Positions 9,469 to 20,315 are shown, counted from the stretch's first letter. The stretch is DNA of 64,000 nucleotides from an uncultured delta proteobacterium (GCA_963843145.1 CAWJJC010000028.1:288001-352000); one strand, 5' to 3'. The notes: generated by a model from the sequence alone, not told the origin. Translations and numbers: made by a program.

Positions 9469-9772
9469 AATGTCCCAAAAGAAAATCATCCTCGCCGGAA
9501 TTTTATTGGCCCTGGTGGTGGCCTGTTTTCTATCCCCCTGGGCTTCTTCCTGGCCGGATGGGCTGGAACGGGTGGCGGGGAACCTGGGTTTCCTGAAAAA
9601 AGCGGAAGTGCCCGGGGTCTCGGTCTGGGAGAGATCGCCGCTACCCGACTATAAAATTCCCGGGGTTCAAAGTGAACATTGGGCCACCGGTCTGGCCGGA
9701 CTGGTCGGGACCCTGGCCATCGCCGCTATCGGCTGGGGACTGGCCCGGCTATTAAAGAAAAGGGGATCGTGA
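9469..9772 (+). CDS. nikN: PDGLE-domain protein (NikN-like)
   Basis: ASSWPDGLERVA and PLPDY motifs; two TM segments. Confidence 0.85.
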
Positions 9773-9778
9773 CCTCTC

Positions 9779-10549
9779 ATGGAACATAGTTTTTTAGACC
9801 GTTACAGCCACCTGGGCAGCGTCATCCACAACCTGGACGCCCGGACCAAGATCTTGTCTTTTCTCGGTCTAATCGGGCTGACGGTTTTGACGCCGCCCCA
9901 GTACTGGCCCATATTCCTGACCCATTTTACTCTAATGGCCCTGGTGCTGATTCTCTCCCGGGTGCCGGTGGGGTATGTGCTGACCCGTTCCCTGATTATC
10001 CTGCCTTTTGTATTGCTGACCGCTATCTTCCTGCCCTTTCTCCCGGGAGACCGTCCGGCCGGCGGAACCAGCCTGGGGATCGGGACCATGACTTTGACGG
10101 CTTCAGGCCTTCAGGTTTTCTGGAACATCTTCCTCAAGGGCTTCCTAGGCGTATTCGCCATTATCCTGCTTTCGGCCACCACCCCCTTCCCCAGGATTTT
10201 AGAGGCCTTGAGGAAATTCAGGATCCCGGCGATTTTTACCCTGCTTTTGGGGTTTATCTATCGCTATTTGTTTGTTCTTTTGGATGAAGTCCTGCGTATG
10301 AAGCAGGCCATAGAATCCCGGGGCTATCGGGGCCGGTGGATCTGGCAGGCCAAAGCGCTGGGCCGAATGTTGGGTCAATTGTTTCTGCACACTTATGAGC
10401 GCGGGGAGCGGGTCTACCTGGGGATGATGTCACGGGGCTTTCAGGGAGAAACCAGAACCCTGACCCCTTCCCGTCTGCGGCCGGGGGATTATCTTTTCCT
10501 GCTCCTGTTTCTGTCGGTGACCGCGCTTTCCCAGTTCCTCTTTCGATGA
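9779..10549 (+). CDS. nikQ: ECF transporter T component
   Basis: LDARTK, YRYLFVL and YERGERVY..M.SRGF motifs. Confidence 0.85.
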   Translation: MEHSFLDRYSHLGSVIHNLDARTKILSFLGLIGLTVLTPPQYWPIFLTHFTLMALVLILSRVPVGYVLTRSLIILPFVLLTAIFLPFLPGDRPAGGTSLGIGTMTLTASGLQVFWNIFLKGFLGVFAIILLSATTPFPRILEALRKFRIPAIFTLLLGFIYRYLFVLLDEVLRMKQAIESRGYRGRWIWQAKALGRMLGQLFLHTYERGERVYLGMMSRGFQGETRTLTPSRLRPGDYLFLLLFLSVTALSQFLFR

Positions 10550-11322
10550 ACGCCATAGAAATTCGCCATCTTTCTTTCACCTATCCGGATGGCCACCAAG
10601 CCCTAAAAGGAGTGAACCTGGCTGTGGAACGGGGGGAATGCCTGGGGTTGGTCGGTCCCAACGGGGCCGGCAAATCCACGCTGCTGCTGCATTTAAACGG
10701 CCTCATCCCCAGTCCCAACGGCTCGGTCCGAATTTTAGGGGAAGTCATCAGCAAACAGACGCTGCCCGGGGTGAGACAAAAGGTGGGAATGGTTTTTCAG
10801 AATCCGGACGACCAGCTTTTTTGCCCCACCCTGTTTGAGGATGTGGCCTTCGGACCTCTGAATAGCCAGGTCCCGGCCGAAGAGGTCCCCGGAAGAGTGG
10901 CCCAGGCCCTCAAAAAGGTGGGCTTGGAAGGGTTTGAGCAGCGTTCACCCCATCATATGAGTGTGGGTGAAAAGCGGAAGGCCTCGCTGGCGACGATCCT
11001 TTCCATGGACCCGGAGATCATCGTTCTGGATGAACCCTCTAGCAACCTGGATCCCCGTTCCCGCAAGGAACTGATCCGCCTGCTGGCCTCCTTTAGGCAA
11101 ACCCGGATCGTGGCCACCCACGATCTGGAAATGGTCCTGCAGCTTTGCGACCGGGTAGCCCTGATGGACCAGGGGGTGGTAGTGGCCCTGGGCCTGCCGG
11201 AGGAGGTGCTCAGCGACGAAGAACTGCTGAAGTCCCATGGGCTGGAACTTCCCGAGATCCTGCGCCTGGTCCCCGCGGAGAAACGACTGGCATTGGTTTC
11301 CCGTCTGAAGAATTTCTTCTGA
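10546..11322 (+). CDS. nikO: ECF transporter ATPase
   Basis: GPNGAGKST, FQNPDDQLF and LDEPSSNLD motifs. Confidence 0.88.
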   Translation: MNAIEIRHLSFTYPDGHQALKGVNLAVERGECLGLVGPNGAGKSTLLLHLNGLIPSPNGSVRILGEVISKQTLPGVRQKVGMVFQNPDDQLFCPTLFEDVAFGPLNSQVPAEEVPGRVAQALKKVGLEGFEQRSPHHMSVGEKRKASLATILSMDPEIIVLDEPSSNLDPRSRKELIRLLASFRQTRIVATHDLEMVLQLCDRVALMDQGVVVALGLPEEVLSDEELLKSHGLELPEILRLVPAEKRLALVSRLKNFF

Positions 11323-11492
11323 ACCCCTTCCCGTTTTTTATAAGCGATCCGGAGAATGCCAAAGACGAGGTGAATTCCCCCGCCGGCGAGGTCAAAGGAA
11401 ACCGGGAAAAGAACCGATCAAAACTTTAAAAGTCGGTCTATTCCTGCTGAAGGCGGCCGGATGGGCCAGTTTTTATTTCAGTTTCAGAAAAC

Positions 11493-13790
11493 ATGCAGCT
11501 ATTCGATAATAAAAGATATTTCGCAGGTTGGCTTCATCGTATTTTCCTCCCGAAACCGTTCCTCTACCCGGATGCGACCAAGGACGGCCTGAATTATTGG
11601 CGGGAACGTCTGGTGCTCGCGGTGCTGGCCGCCGGAGGGGGAGTATCTCTGTTAGCCTTGGCACCCGCCATTTACCTGGCCCTGGCGGGGAAACTGTGGG
11701 TGCTTTTGATCGCCGACGTCTCCGCCTTTTTAATTGTAATCATTCTGCTGATTTCCCATCGTTTTGAGCTACGGGGCCCGGGCCATGGGAGTGCTGCTGA
11801 TTACATTTACAGTAGGTGTGGTTATCATTGGTCAGGTTGGATTTCTCAGCGCCGGCACGGCTTGGCTTTTTTGTTTTTCAGTTCTGGCCAGTGTGCTTTT
11901 TGGGCTAAGAGGCGCGCTGGCGGCGACCCTGCTGAACGCCGTCGCGATCGTCCTGCTGGCCTGGCTTGTCTATCCCGGGAAGCCGGGAGAGCGGGAGTTT
12001 CTGATGTCCTTCAGCCGGTTGATCACTGCGGGGGCCAATTTCATCTTTCTCAACGGGGTGGCGGCGATTTCAGTGGCCGCGCTGGTAAACGGGTTACTGG
12101 CGTTGAATCGGAAAACCGCTGCTGCAACGGCCGCCTTGAATGAGGAAAAGGCGGCCCTGCTGAAAGCCAGGGAAAGTCTGAAGGAGGAGATTGCGGTTCG
12201 GATGAAATCCGAGAAGGCCCTCCAGCAAAGTGAGCGCCAATACCGTCTGTTGGCTGAAAATATCAAGGATGTCATCTGGACCATGGACCTGAATTTCCGG
12301 TTTACTTATGTCAGCTCGGTGGTCGAAGCCATGCAAGGCTGGACACCGGAGGAGATGCTCGAATTAACCTTGGAGAACATCATGGCCACTTCTTCTCTGG
12401 AAACGGTTTTGGAGGTCTTCAACCGGGAATATGCTCTGGGGCAGCAGACAGGGGAACACAACCGTTCGGCCACAGTGGAACTCGAACTATTTCGGCAGGA
12501 CGGCTCCATGCTCTGGACCGAAGTCACCGCCTCTTTCATTCTTAACGAGGAGGGCTTGCCCGTGGGCATTCTCGGCGTCACCCGTGACATTTCCGAGCGA
12601 CGAAAGGCCCAGGAAGAAAAAGAAAAACCGCTGGAGAATTTAAATCAATTCGGAAAATGGAGGCTATCGGGAGACTGGCCGGCGGGGTGGCCCATGACCT
12701 TAACAATGTTCTTTCGGGCATCGTGAGCTATCCCGATCTGCTGCTGCTGGACCTTCCGCAGGACAGCCCGAACAGAGGACCTCTGGAGACCATTCAAGCG
12801 TCCGGCAAAAAGGCGGCCGCAATCGTGCAGGATCTATTGACGCTCGCCCGTCGAGGCGTGTCTGTGGCTAAAGTCCTCAATCTAAACGATATCATTCGGG
12901 AATATCTTACCAGCCCGGAATTTAAGCGTTGGGAATCATTCCACCCGCCGGTGGATCTTGATCGGCACCTCGACCCGGCGATAAGGACCATTAAGGGTTC
13001 GCCGATTCATCTGTCCAAAACGATCATGAATCTGGTGTCAAACGCCGTCGAAGCCATGCCAATTGGCGGGAAGATTGAGCTGGCCACCGGCAACAGCCCT
13101 CTGACGCGACCGGTCCCGGGTTATGCCGAGATCCGGGAAGGGGATTATGTGGTTGTACGAGTTTCGGATTCGGGCATCGGCATCTCCAAGGAAGATATTC
13201 ATAGGATATTTGAGCCCTTTTACACGAAAAAAAAGATGGGTCGCAGCGGAACGGGTCTGGGGATGGCCATCGTCTGGGGGACCGTGGAAGACCACCAGGG
13301 GTATATCGACGTACAGAGCACTCCAGGGAAAGGGACTACCGTTACCCTCTATCTGCCCGCCACCCACCTGGAACAAACCGGCAAAGGGAGTCCGAAAACG
13401 CCGGATCAATACCAAGGTCATGGCGAAACCGTGCTGGTGGTCGACGATGTTCGGGAACAAAGGGAAATCGCCACCCGTATCCTGAAACAACTGGGGTATG
13501 CGGTCAGCTCCGCGGCCAGCGGTGAGGAGGCGGTTGAGTGCATCCGTAAGGGGAAAATAGACCTGGTCATTCTGGATATGATCATGGAACCCGGGATCGA
13601 CGGTCTGGAAACCTATCGGAGAATGCTCCAATTCAACCCCCGGCAGAAGACAATCATCACCAGCGGTTTCTCCGAAACGGCCCGGGTGAAAAGCATGCAG
13701 CAACTGGGGGCCGGTACCTACCTCAAGAAACCCTATACGGTTGAAGCTATTGGAATGACTGTTAAATCCGAGTTTGAATCCAGGAGTTAA
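11493..13790 (+). CDS. Membrane PAS hybrid histidine kinase with receiver domain, split by two frameshifts (~11763, ~12650)
   Basis: TM region, PAS/PAC (GVTRDISERR), H-box AGGVAHDLNN, GTGLG ATP lid and C-terminal REC distributed over ORFs 11493, 11764 and 12657. Confidence 0.8.
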
Positions 13791-13824
13791 CTCGAATTCC
13801 CATATTTTCGAAGCAGGATTATCT

Positions 13825-15240
13825 TCAAGCCCTTCCCTGTGCAGTAAGGATTCCAATGTCCATTCGAGACCGGCCCCAGGATTCATTGCCCATATCCCGC
13901 ATCAGGCTCTTAAAAGCCTCCACGCATTCCGGGCATAGTTGCCGACCCTGTTCATCTTCTATGATTTCCATGGCCCGGTCATGGCTCAAGGCTCGTCGAT
14001 AGGGACGATCGCTGGTCAAGGCGTGGTAGGTATCGGCCACCGCCGTCATTCTGGCCCAGCGCAGTATCTGTTTCCCTTTAATCCCATCCGGATAGCCGCT
14101 GCCGTCAAAACGCTCATGGTGATGGAGGATGACCGGAAGCAGCGGTTTTATACTGGGAATCGAACCTAAAATGGAGGCGCCGATAACCGGATGTTTGCGG
14201 ATGACCGCGAATTCTTCCGCGCTGAGGCGGCCGGGTTTCAAAAGGATGTGGTCGGGAATCCCGATCTTGCCGATATCATGCAGCCTTCCGGAGATGCCCA
14301 GGGATTCGATTTCTTCCGGACCGGCATTCATATGGGCGGCCATCTTGGTCACCAGCAGGGCGACGGCCTCGGAATGCCCCCGGGTGTAGTGATCCCGGGC
14401 CTCGAGGGCCACGATCAGGCTGGTGATGCCGGCCAGCATCATTTTTTGTTCCAGATCCAGCCGCTCCCGTTCCTTGAGCAAAAGGAGAAAATGGTCCGAG
14501 ATCAGTTTCTCCACGGTGATGACCGCTTGTTCCAGATTAAAGGGCTTGACCAGGTAGCCCGCCGCGCCCCATTGCAGCAGTTGCCGCATGACGGCCCGAT
14601 CGTTATTGGAGCTCATGACGACAAAAGGAATGGTGCCCAGATCGGGGTCCCCGTGAAGTTTTCGGCAGAGGTCGAGCCCGTTCATCTGGGGCATATCGAG
14701 GTCGCTCAAGATCAGGTCCGGCCGGCGCTCGGCGATCCGTTTTAGGGCCTGTTTTCCGTCTTCCGCCTCCATGACCTGAAAACCCGCCTCTTCCAGAGCC
14801 TGGGTTACCCGTTGGCGGATATTCGGCGAATCGTCCACCACCAGGACCAGGCGGCTGCGGTGAAACTTGCTTTTCTCGAGGACCCTTTCGATAGTTTCGT
14901 TCAGCAGGGCCTGGGCCTCCGATTTGGAAACATAGGCGGCCGCCCCCACATTGAAGCCCTGTTCCACGTCCCGGTCCGTATCCAGGGAACTGAGGATGAT
15001 CACCGGAATACCCCGGGTGACGGGATCGTTTTTCAACTGGGCGCAGAGGCCGAACCCGTCCAGACGGGGCATTTCCACATCGGAGATGATCAGGTCGAAA
15101 CTCCCGGAAAAGGCCTTCTCCAGCCCCTCCCACCCGTCTTCCGCCTGGGTGACCCGGGCCCCGAATTTCTCCAGTTGCCGGCTTAGGGCCTTGCGGATGA
15201 TCGAGCTGTCATCGACGATGAGTATCTTGGGTAAATTCAT
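13825..15240 (-). CDS. Response regulator with two REC domains and HD-GYP phosphodiesterase
   Basis: ILIVDDS and LVVDDS receivers; LHDIGK and HHERFDGSGYP motifs. Confidence 0.9.
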   Translation of the reverse strand: MNLPKILIVDDSSIIRKALSRQLEKFGARVTQAEDGWEGLEKAFSGSFDLIISDVEMPRLDGFGLCAQLKNDPVTRGIPVIILSSLDTDRDVEQGFNVGAAAYVSKSEAQALLNETIERVLEKSKFHRSRLVLVVDDSPNIRQRVTQALEEAGFQVMEAEDGKQALKRIAERRPDLILSDLDMPQMNGLDLCRKLHGDPDLGTIPFVVMSSNNDRAVMRQLLQWGAAGYLVKPFNLEQAVITVEKLISDHFLLLLKERERLDLEQKMMLAGITSLIVALEARDHYTRGHSEAVALLVTKMAAHMNAGPEEIESLGISGRLHDIGKIGIPDHILLKPGRLSAEEFAVIRKHPVIGASILGSIPSIKPLLPVILHHHERFDGSGYPDGIKGKQILRWARMTAVADTYHALTSDRPYRRALSHDRAMEIIEDEQGRQLCPECVEAFKSLMRDMGNESWGRSRMDIGILTAQGRA

Positions 15241-15359
15241 GATCGGGGGTTTGACCGGGAACAGTCCTTTCCCCCGGAACAATCAAATAACGGCATCGAA
15301 TTATTTTCGGCAGATTGAAACGTTTCCTTTAACGTTGCCCGGATATTATAGCAGTCACA

Positions 15360-15568
15360 TGATTGAAAAAATCGCAAAAAGTCCCAAACTGTCATCCTGA
15401 GCCCCGCCGAAGGCGGGATAAACTCCGCGAAGGATCTCAGTTTTCGGCTCAGGGTAAACTCCGCGAATAATATTACAACCTATTGAAAAAACAATATTAT
15501 TCGTTCTGAATTATCGCGGGACGAAGAATTAAAAGCGCTCCCTGATGGGCCTTTTGCGAACAGATCAT
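15360..15568. mobile_element. MITE-like element with CGCAAAAAGTC/GACTTTTTGCG-type ends and an internal REP
   Basis: tcgcaaaaagtccc ... gggccttttgcgaacagatca; similar ends at 17735-17758, 22633-22744, 25676-25703 and 45845-45862. Confidence 0.55.
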
Positions 15569-16065
15569 AGCGGGGCGAGTTAAGACCGGATAGAGAATTT
15601 CGTTTCAGCCCGGCCGATATTAAGGAAATCCGATTGAACCTGCATAAATCTCAGGCGGAATTTTCTCTGATGATCGGGGTTAGCGTTTCCACGCTTCAGA
15701 ATTGGGAGCAGGGCCGGCGGGTTCCGGAAGGTCCCGCCCGGGCACTACTTAAAATCGCCGCCGAAAAACCAGGGGCGGTTATAGAGGCCTTGAGTGGTTA
15801 ATGGGGACTTTCTTCGGCCTGGCCTTATGCGTCGGAGGAAAATAGCAAATAATAATTCTCCGAATTCCTCAGCAGGGCAGGAATCCACCGACTTTTGATC
15901 ACCTCCCGGTCTCTTTTCGTTATGAAGGTTTTACGGGATTCGATTCCCCAGGCCGTCACGCTCTGCAAGGCCCCGGGGACGTTCGGGCGAACACTAACTA
16001 ATCGAGGCTTGCTTTTTTCTTAAGTCCTTTTTACAACCACCGGCGAGTATATTCAGAAACTACGT
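15544..16065 (+). repeat. Copy 1 of ~520-bp direct repeat
   Basis: Aligns with 17734-18249; near-identical over the HTH part, more diverged 3'. Confidence 0.9.
15571..15801 (+). pseudogene. 5'-truncated Xre/HigA-like HTH antitoxin gene
   Basis: Manual translation RGELRPDREFRFSPADIKEIRLNLHKSQAEFSLMIGVSVSTLQNWEQGRRVPEGPARALLKIAAEKPGAVIEALSG*; no start codon. Confidence 0.75.
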
Positions 16066-16188
16066 GCCCTTGTCTCTCATAGGATGTCCCCCTTTACTCG
16101 ATCCCAGACCTGGGAGCCGTACCCTGAAAAATGGAAAAGCAACCGGCCCCCGGCCTTGGCCCCTTTGACCAGCCATGTTAAGTATTTC

Positions 16189-16223
16189 TTGCGCTATTCG
16201 CGAATAGCGAATATAATCCCACC
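16189..16223 (+). promoter_or_regulatory. Promoter with an 18-bp perfect palindromic operator; probably leaderless
   Basis: TTGCGC-17-TATAAT; cgctattcgcgaatagcg at 16192-16209; ATG 6 nt after the -10 box. Confidence 0.7.
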
Positions 16224-16736
16224 ATGAACCTCAAACCCCAAGATATAATCATTCTCTTGAAGCTTATCGTGCTGGGTGAAGACCAGTGGTCTTATGCATC
16301 CCTGGCCAGCGATCTGTTCATGAGCACTTCAGAGGTCCATGCCGGTATAAAGCGCGCGGTTGTAGCTCGCCTGATGGATTCCCAAAGAGGACGCCCCCTG
16401 AAACAATCGCTGGAAGAATTCCTCATTCATGGCGTCAAATATGCGTTTGCCCCGGATCATGGCGGTCTGACCCGAGGCGTTCCTACCGGATATGCGGCGC
16501 CACCGCTCAATAACATGATTTCTCAACCAATGGACCCTCCCCCCGTATGGTCGGATCCGGAAGGTGATACGCGCGGGTATGAATTCTCGCCCTTGTATAA
16601 GTCTGTCCCGAAGGCCGCCTTAAAAGACAAAATACTTTATGAATTAATCGTTCTAGTTGATGCCATCCGAGACGGGAGAGCCCGCGAAAGAGAAATTGCC
16701 ATCAAAGAACTCAAAATGCGATTAGGATCACCATGA
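16224..16736 (+). CDS. HTH-containing protein, putative antitoxin/regulator
   Basis: N-terminal WSYASLASDLFMSTSEVH helix-turn-helix-like segment; ATGA overlap with the next gene. Confidence 0.75.
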   Translation: MNLKPQDIIILLKLIVLGEDQWSYASLASDLFMSTSEVHAGIKRAVVARLMDSQRGRPLKQSLEEFLIHGVKYAFAPDHGGLTRGVPTGYAAPPLNNMISQPMDPPPVWSDPEGDTRGYEFSPLYKSVPKAALKDKILYELIVLVDAIRDGRAREREIAIKELKMRLGSP

Positions 16737-17449
16737 TCAATAACCAAAACATCAATATCCGGATGATCATCCATGTGGCCAAACGCCTTGGTGTCTTGAG
16801 GGACAAGGTTGTTTTCGTCGGGGGTTGCGCCACGGGATTGTTTATTACAGATCCGGCCCTACCTGAAGTCCGGGCCACGCAGGATGTGGATGTCATTGTC
16901 GAGGTTGCCTCACGGGTGGAATATTACAGACTTGAAGAAGAACTTCGGAGCAGGGATTTCAAACAGGATATGAGTGAAAATGCGCCGGTCTGCCGTTGGC
17001 TGGTTGATACGATCACAGTGGATATCATGCCTACGCGGGAAGATATACTGGGGTTCTCCAACCGCTGGTATCTGCCCGCCATTAAGAATGCAAACCCTAT
17101 TGAAATCGAAAAAAAATTGACTATTCGACTCGTGACACCCCCCTATTTCCTGGCAACCAAAATTGAAGCCTTTGAGGGACGTAGCGGTGGAGATTATATG
17201 GCCAGTCACGACCTGGAAGACATCATCACGGTCCTGGATGGCCGTCCGGAAATCGTTTCGGAAATCAAAAGCTCATCCGATGACCTTAAGATTTTCTTAT
17301 CCGGTACATTTCGAATGCTTCTGGAAAAGGACGAATTCCTCGATGCCATTCCAGGGCATCTGCCACCCGATCGTGCAAGCCAGGCAAGATTGCCACGGCT
17401 CATGAGATGCATCGAGGAGATATCAAAGATTCATGATTCTGTGCGGTAA
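16733..17449 (+). CDS. Nucleotidyltransferase (AbiEii/MenT-like), putative toxin
   Basis: VFVGGCA...ATQDVD Pol-beta motif; KIEAF..R..SHDLEDI C-terminal motif. Confidence 0.7.
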   Translation: MINNQNINIRMIIHVAKRLGVLRDKVVFVGGCATGLFITDPALPEVRATQDVDVIVEVASRVEYYRLEEELRSRDFKQDMSENAPVCRWLVDTITVDIMPTREDILGFSNRWYLPAIKNANPIEIEKKLTIRLVTPPYFLATKIEAFEGRSGGDYMASHDLEDIITVLDGRPEIVSEIKSSSDDLKIFLSGTFRMLLEKDEFLDAIPGHLPPDRASQARLPRLMRCIEEISKIHDSVR

Positions 17450-17679
17450 AATTTGCATTGGGTATAGTGCGGGGTGCAGAGCGCAGCGTCTAAAAGACAT
17501 TTATCGGATACTAAACGCCTACCGCAAAGGAACCCCCGCCGGATGCCGGGCATTCTTTCTTTTGGTTCTATCTTCCATCTTATCCTCTCTATTCCCCGGA
17601 AGATGTCCCGCTGCTCATTGCCCCGGCAGGTAACGTGGTATACTGCTCCTGGGTACTGGACTCGTAAAGATCGGGCCAT
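17431..17679 (-). pseudogene. Remnant of REP-associated tyrosine (Y1) transposase
   Basis: MARSLRVQYPGAVYHVTCRGNEQRDIF N-terminus, then degenerate. Confidence 0.7.
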
Positions 17680-17733
17680 GATGCCTTCTTAATAAATTGA
17701 AACCGTAATTGACCCCTTCTCCTTTTTTCTCTC

Positions 17734-18249
17734 TGACGGACTTTTTGCGAACAGATCACGGCGGGGCGAGTTAAGACCGGAGAGAGAATTTCGTTTCAGC
17801 CCGGCCGATATTAAGGAAATTCGATTGAACCTGCGTAAATCTCAGGGGGAATTTTCTCTGATGATCGGGGTTAGCGTTTCCACGCTTCAGAATTGGGAGC
17901 AGGGCCGGCGGGTCCCGGAAGGCCCCGCCCGGGCACTACTTAAAATCGCCGCCGAAAAACCAGGGGCGGTTATAGAGGCCTTGAGTGGTTAATGGGGACT
18001 TTCTTCGGCTTGGCCCTATTCGTCGGAGGAAAATAGCAGGTAATAATTCACCGAATTCCTCAGCAGGGCAGTCCATCGACCTTTGACCACAACCCGGTGT
18101 CATTTCCTTTTGAAGATCTAATGGGATTCGATTCCCCGGCTTGTGACGTAGTGCAAGACGCCGGGGACGTTCGGGCGAACACTAATCAAGGCTTGCTTTT
18201 TTCTTAAGCCCTTTTAACAACCATCGGCAAGTATATTCAGAAACTACGT
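17734..18249 (+). repeat. Copy 2 of ~520-bp direct repeat, including a second truncated HTH gene (17762-17992)
   Basis: Aligns with 15544-16065. Confidence 0.9.
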
Positions 18250-18307
18250 CCCGCATTACGTAATTTTAGAAAAAATGAACTAAATATAATCACTGACTTT
18301 TCTTAAA

Positions 18308-18397
18308 TCAGAACTTAAAAGTCAGCCGCGCCGGCCTGTGGCCTCCCGAACAAATCGAACCTCCTTTCACGGCGTCGGCTGGCCTAACTTGTTCGCA
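18308..18397 (-). other. Integron attC-like recombination site
   Basis: Minus strand TGCGAAC-aagttaggc-CAGCCGACGCC...GGCGCGGCTG-acttttaa-GTTCTGA, just downstream of a short gene. Confidence 0.65.
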
Positions 18398-18415
18398 TAA
18401 TCACACATGACGCCC

Positions 18416-18625
18416 TTACTGAGAGGCTTCTTTCCGCATCAATTGGTCAAACTTCTCCCAATCTATATGGAAACCATAAGTATGGCCTTTGGGTCTCCAC
18501 TCAATTGTGCCCCTGCTAATTCTAAGGGTACCGAGGATCGCTCCGTCGGAGTAGACATCGAAATCAGTGTCTTTGTTGAGAACATTTTTGGTTGGCATAG
18601 TCATGTAAATTTCGTGTTCTGGCAT
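18416..18625 (-). CDS. Small hypothetical protein (cassette-like)
   Basis: 69 aa, AGGAGG RBS, followed by the attC-like site. Confidence 0.75.
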   Translation of the reverse strand: MPEHEIYMTMPTKNVLNKDTDFDVYSDGAILGTLRISRGTIEWRPKGHTYGFHIDWEKFDQLMRKEASQ

Positions 18626-18952
18626 GGTTTCCTCCTATTATTGCGTTATCTGCAAATTGTTCTAAAGGTTTTGTATAATTCCTCAACTCAAAGGATTTTG
18701 GGGATGCAAACGAAAACCATCTATCTCTGGATTGACGACCCGTGGATTACTGGTAAAACTAAGCCTAAAAAGGCGGAGCCGATGTGGACCCTGCCTTAGT
18801 TCGGCCCGCAGGTTTGCTCGTCTCCCTTCCGGAAAGTATGTGTTATTGAATTTTCCCAACTCCGTCCAACCCGTCTCTAACCTATCCCCGTTCCGCCCAT
18901 CACCCCGAAAGTAAATATTGGACCTTAAAAATCAAATACCCGAGGTATATAC

Positions 18953-19629
18953 CTATTTCCGTAATATTAGAGGAAGATAGAGGAATTTTTTGAGGAGAGG
19001 TGCTGCCAAAGTTTTAAAAGCTTGATCCCCCCCGTAGGTGTTCCCGGCGCTACTGGTAGTTGCGAGACGGTAATGGTAAGTGGTATTGGGAATGAGACCA
19101 TTGATAGGAGCTGAAGCATTCACATCATTCGTTCCGCTGCCAGCCGACTGGGTGAGGGTGTTGGACCCGTAAGAAGTACTCGTTCCCCATTGGAAATAAT
19201 AGCTCGTAGAAGTTCCGTTAGGATTTATCCTCCCATTTAATGCGGCCCCTGAGGTTGTTATCCCGCTTGCCGGATTGGTCGAGACCGTAGGGACCGTCAC
19301 TGTTCCCGAAGTCGTAAACGTCACGTCAAAACCGTTAGTCGTCCCGGCCGAGTTCACTCCCACAACCCGGTAGTGATAGGTCATATTCGGGTACAACCCC
19401 GTTATTCCCTTGCTCACCGCAGTATTGGTGTTCCCCGTTACCGGACTCTGATCCGCCGTCACCGTAGTCCTATAGGACGTTGTCAGACCATATTGGAAAG
19501 TCACTGCGGTGCTCCCATAATAGGCATTCACCATTCCGTTCAAGGTCGCCCCTGAGGTTGATATCCCGCTTGCCGGATTGGTCGTGGCTATGGGAGTCTG
19601 TACTGACATCGTGAAGAACGTAATTTCTT
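18953..19629 (-). pseudogene. C-terminal part of a fibronectin type III repeat surface protein, truncated at the IS200 element
   Basis: Two FN3-like repeats (TTNPASGI.TSGA.LNG...TYHYR); frame stays open up to the IS end; ends FLYLPLILRK. Confidence 0.75.
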
Positions 19630-20278
19630 TAAGGTAAACCCCCGGCTAGGCCGGGGGACTCCAAAAGTTTGACAATTCCGGGAATATAAGAAAGCCTCCC
19701 GACTGTGAACCGCTCAAAGTTTACAGAGAAGGAGGCTTCCAATGGAACACACCAGAAGTTTAAGCCATACCAAGTGGGAATGCAAATATCATATAGTCTG
19801 GATACCGAAATGTCGAAAAAAGACATTGTATGGTCATCTGCGCCAATATCTAGGGGAGTTGTTCAAAGAATTGGCTACCCAAAAGGAATGCGCCATTATC
19901 GAAGGGCACCTCTTGGCGGACCATGTGCATATTTTGATCTCGATACCCCCCAAATATGCGGTCGCCCAAGTCGTGGGGTATCTCAAGGGAAAGAGTGCGA
20001 TCCACATTGCCCGAGTTTATCTGGGACGAAAAAAGAACTTTGTTGGTCAACATTTTTGGGCCAGGGGATACTATGTTTCAACCGTGGGCAAAGATGAAGT
20101 AGCTACCCGAAATTATATTAAGAATCAAGAAAAAGAAGATCATCATCTGGACCAGATCGAACTGTTTCCGGAAGAAGATAAACCGACCACAGATAAACCA
20201 TCTTCAGATGGTGAATAAATAATCCGCTTTGAGCGGTTCACAATTTCAAGCCTCCGGCTTTGCCGGAGGTACTTGACT
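19630..20278 (+). mobile_element. IS200/IS605-family element (tnpA only)
   Basis: Subterminal hairpins cccccggctaggccggggg and cctccggctttgccggagg; internal IR tgtgaaccgctcaaag/ctttgagcggttcaca. Confidence 0.9.
19742..20218 (+). CDS. tnpA: IS200-type HUH (Y1) transposase
   Basis: CKYHIVWIPK, DHVHILISIPPKY, FWARGYYVSTVG and YIKNQ motifs. Confidence 0.95.
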   Translation: MEHTRSLSHTKWECKYHIVWIPKCRKKTLYGHLRQYLGELFKELATQKECAIIEGHLLADHVHILISIPPKYAVAQVVGYLKGKSAIHIARVYLGRKKNFVGQHFWARGYYVSTVGKDEVATRNYIKNQEKEDHHLDQIELFPEEDKPTTDKPSSDGE

Positions 20279-20315
20279 ACTTGTTTTTACACCCCGGATT
20301 CAGACCGGTCAATAA

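Noticed and set aside
18407-18799. 130-aa plus-strand ORF
   Set aside because: Overlaps the minus-strand 69-aa gene, which has a strong RBS and attC context
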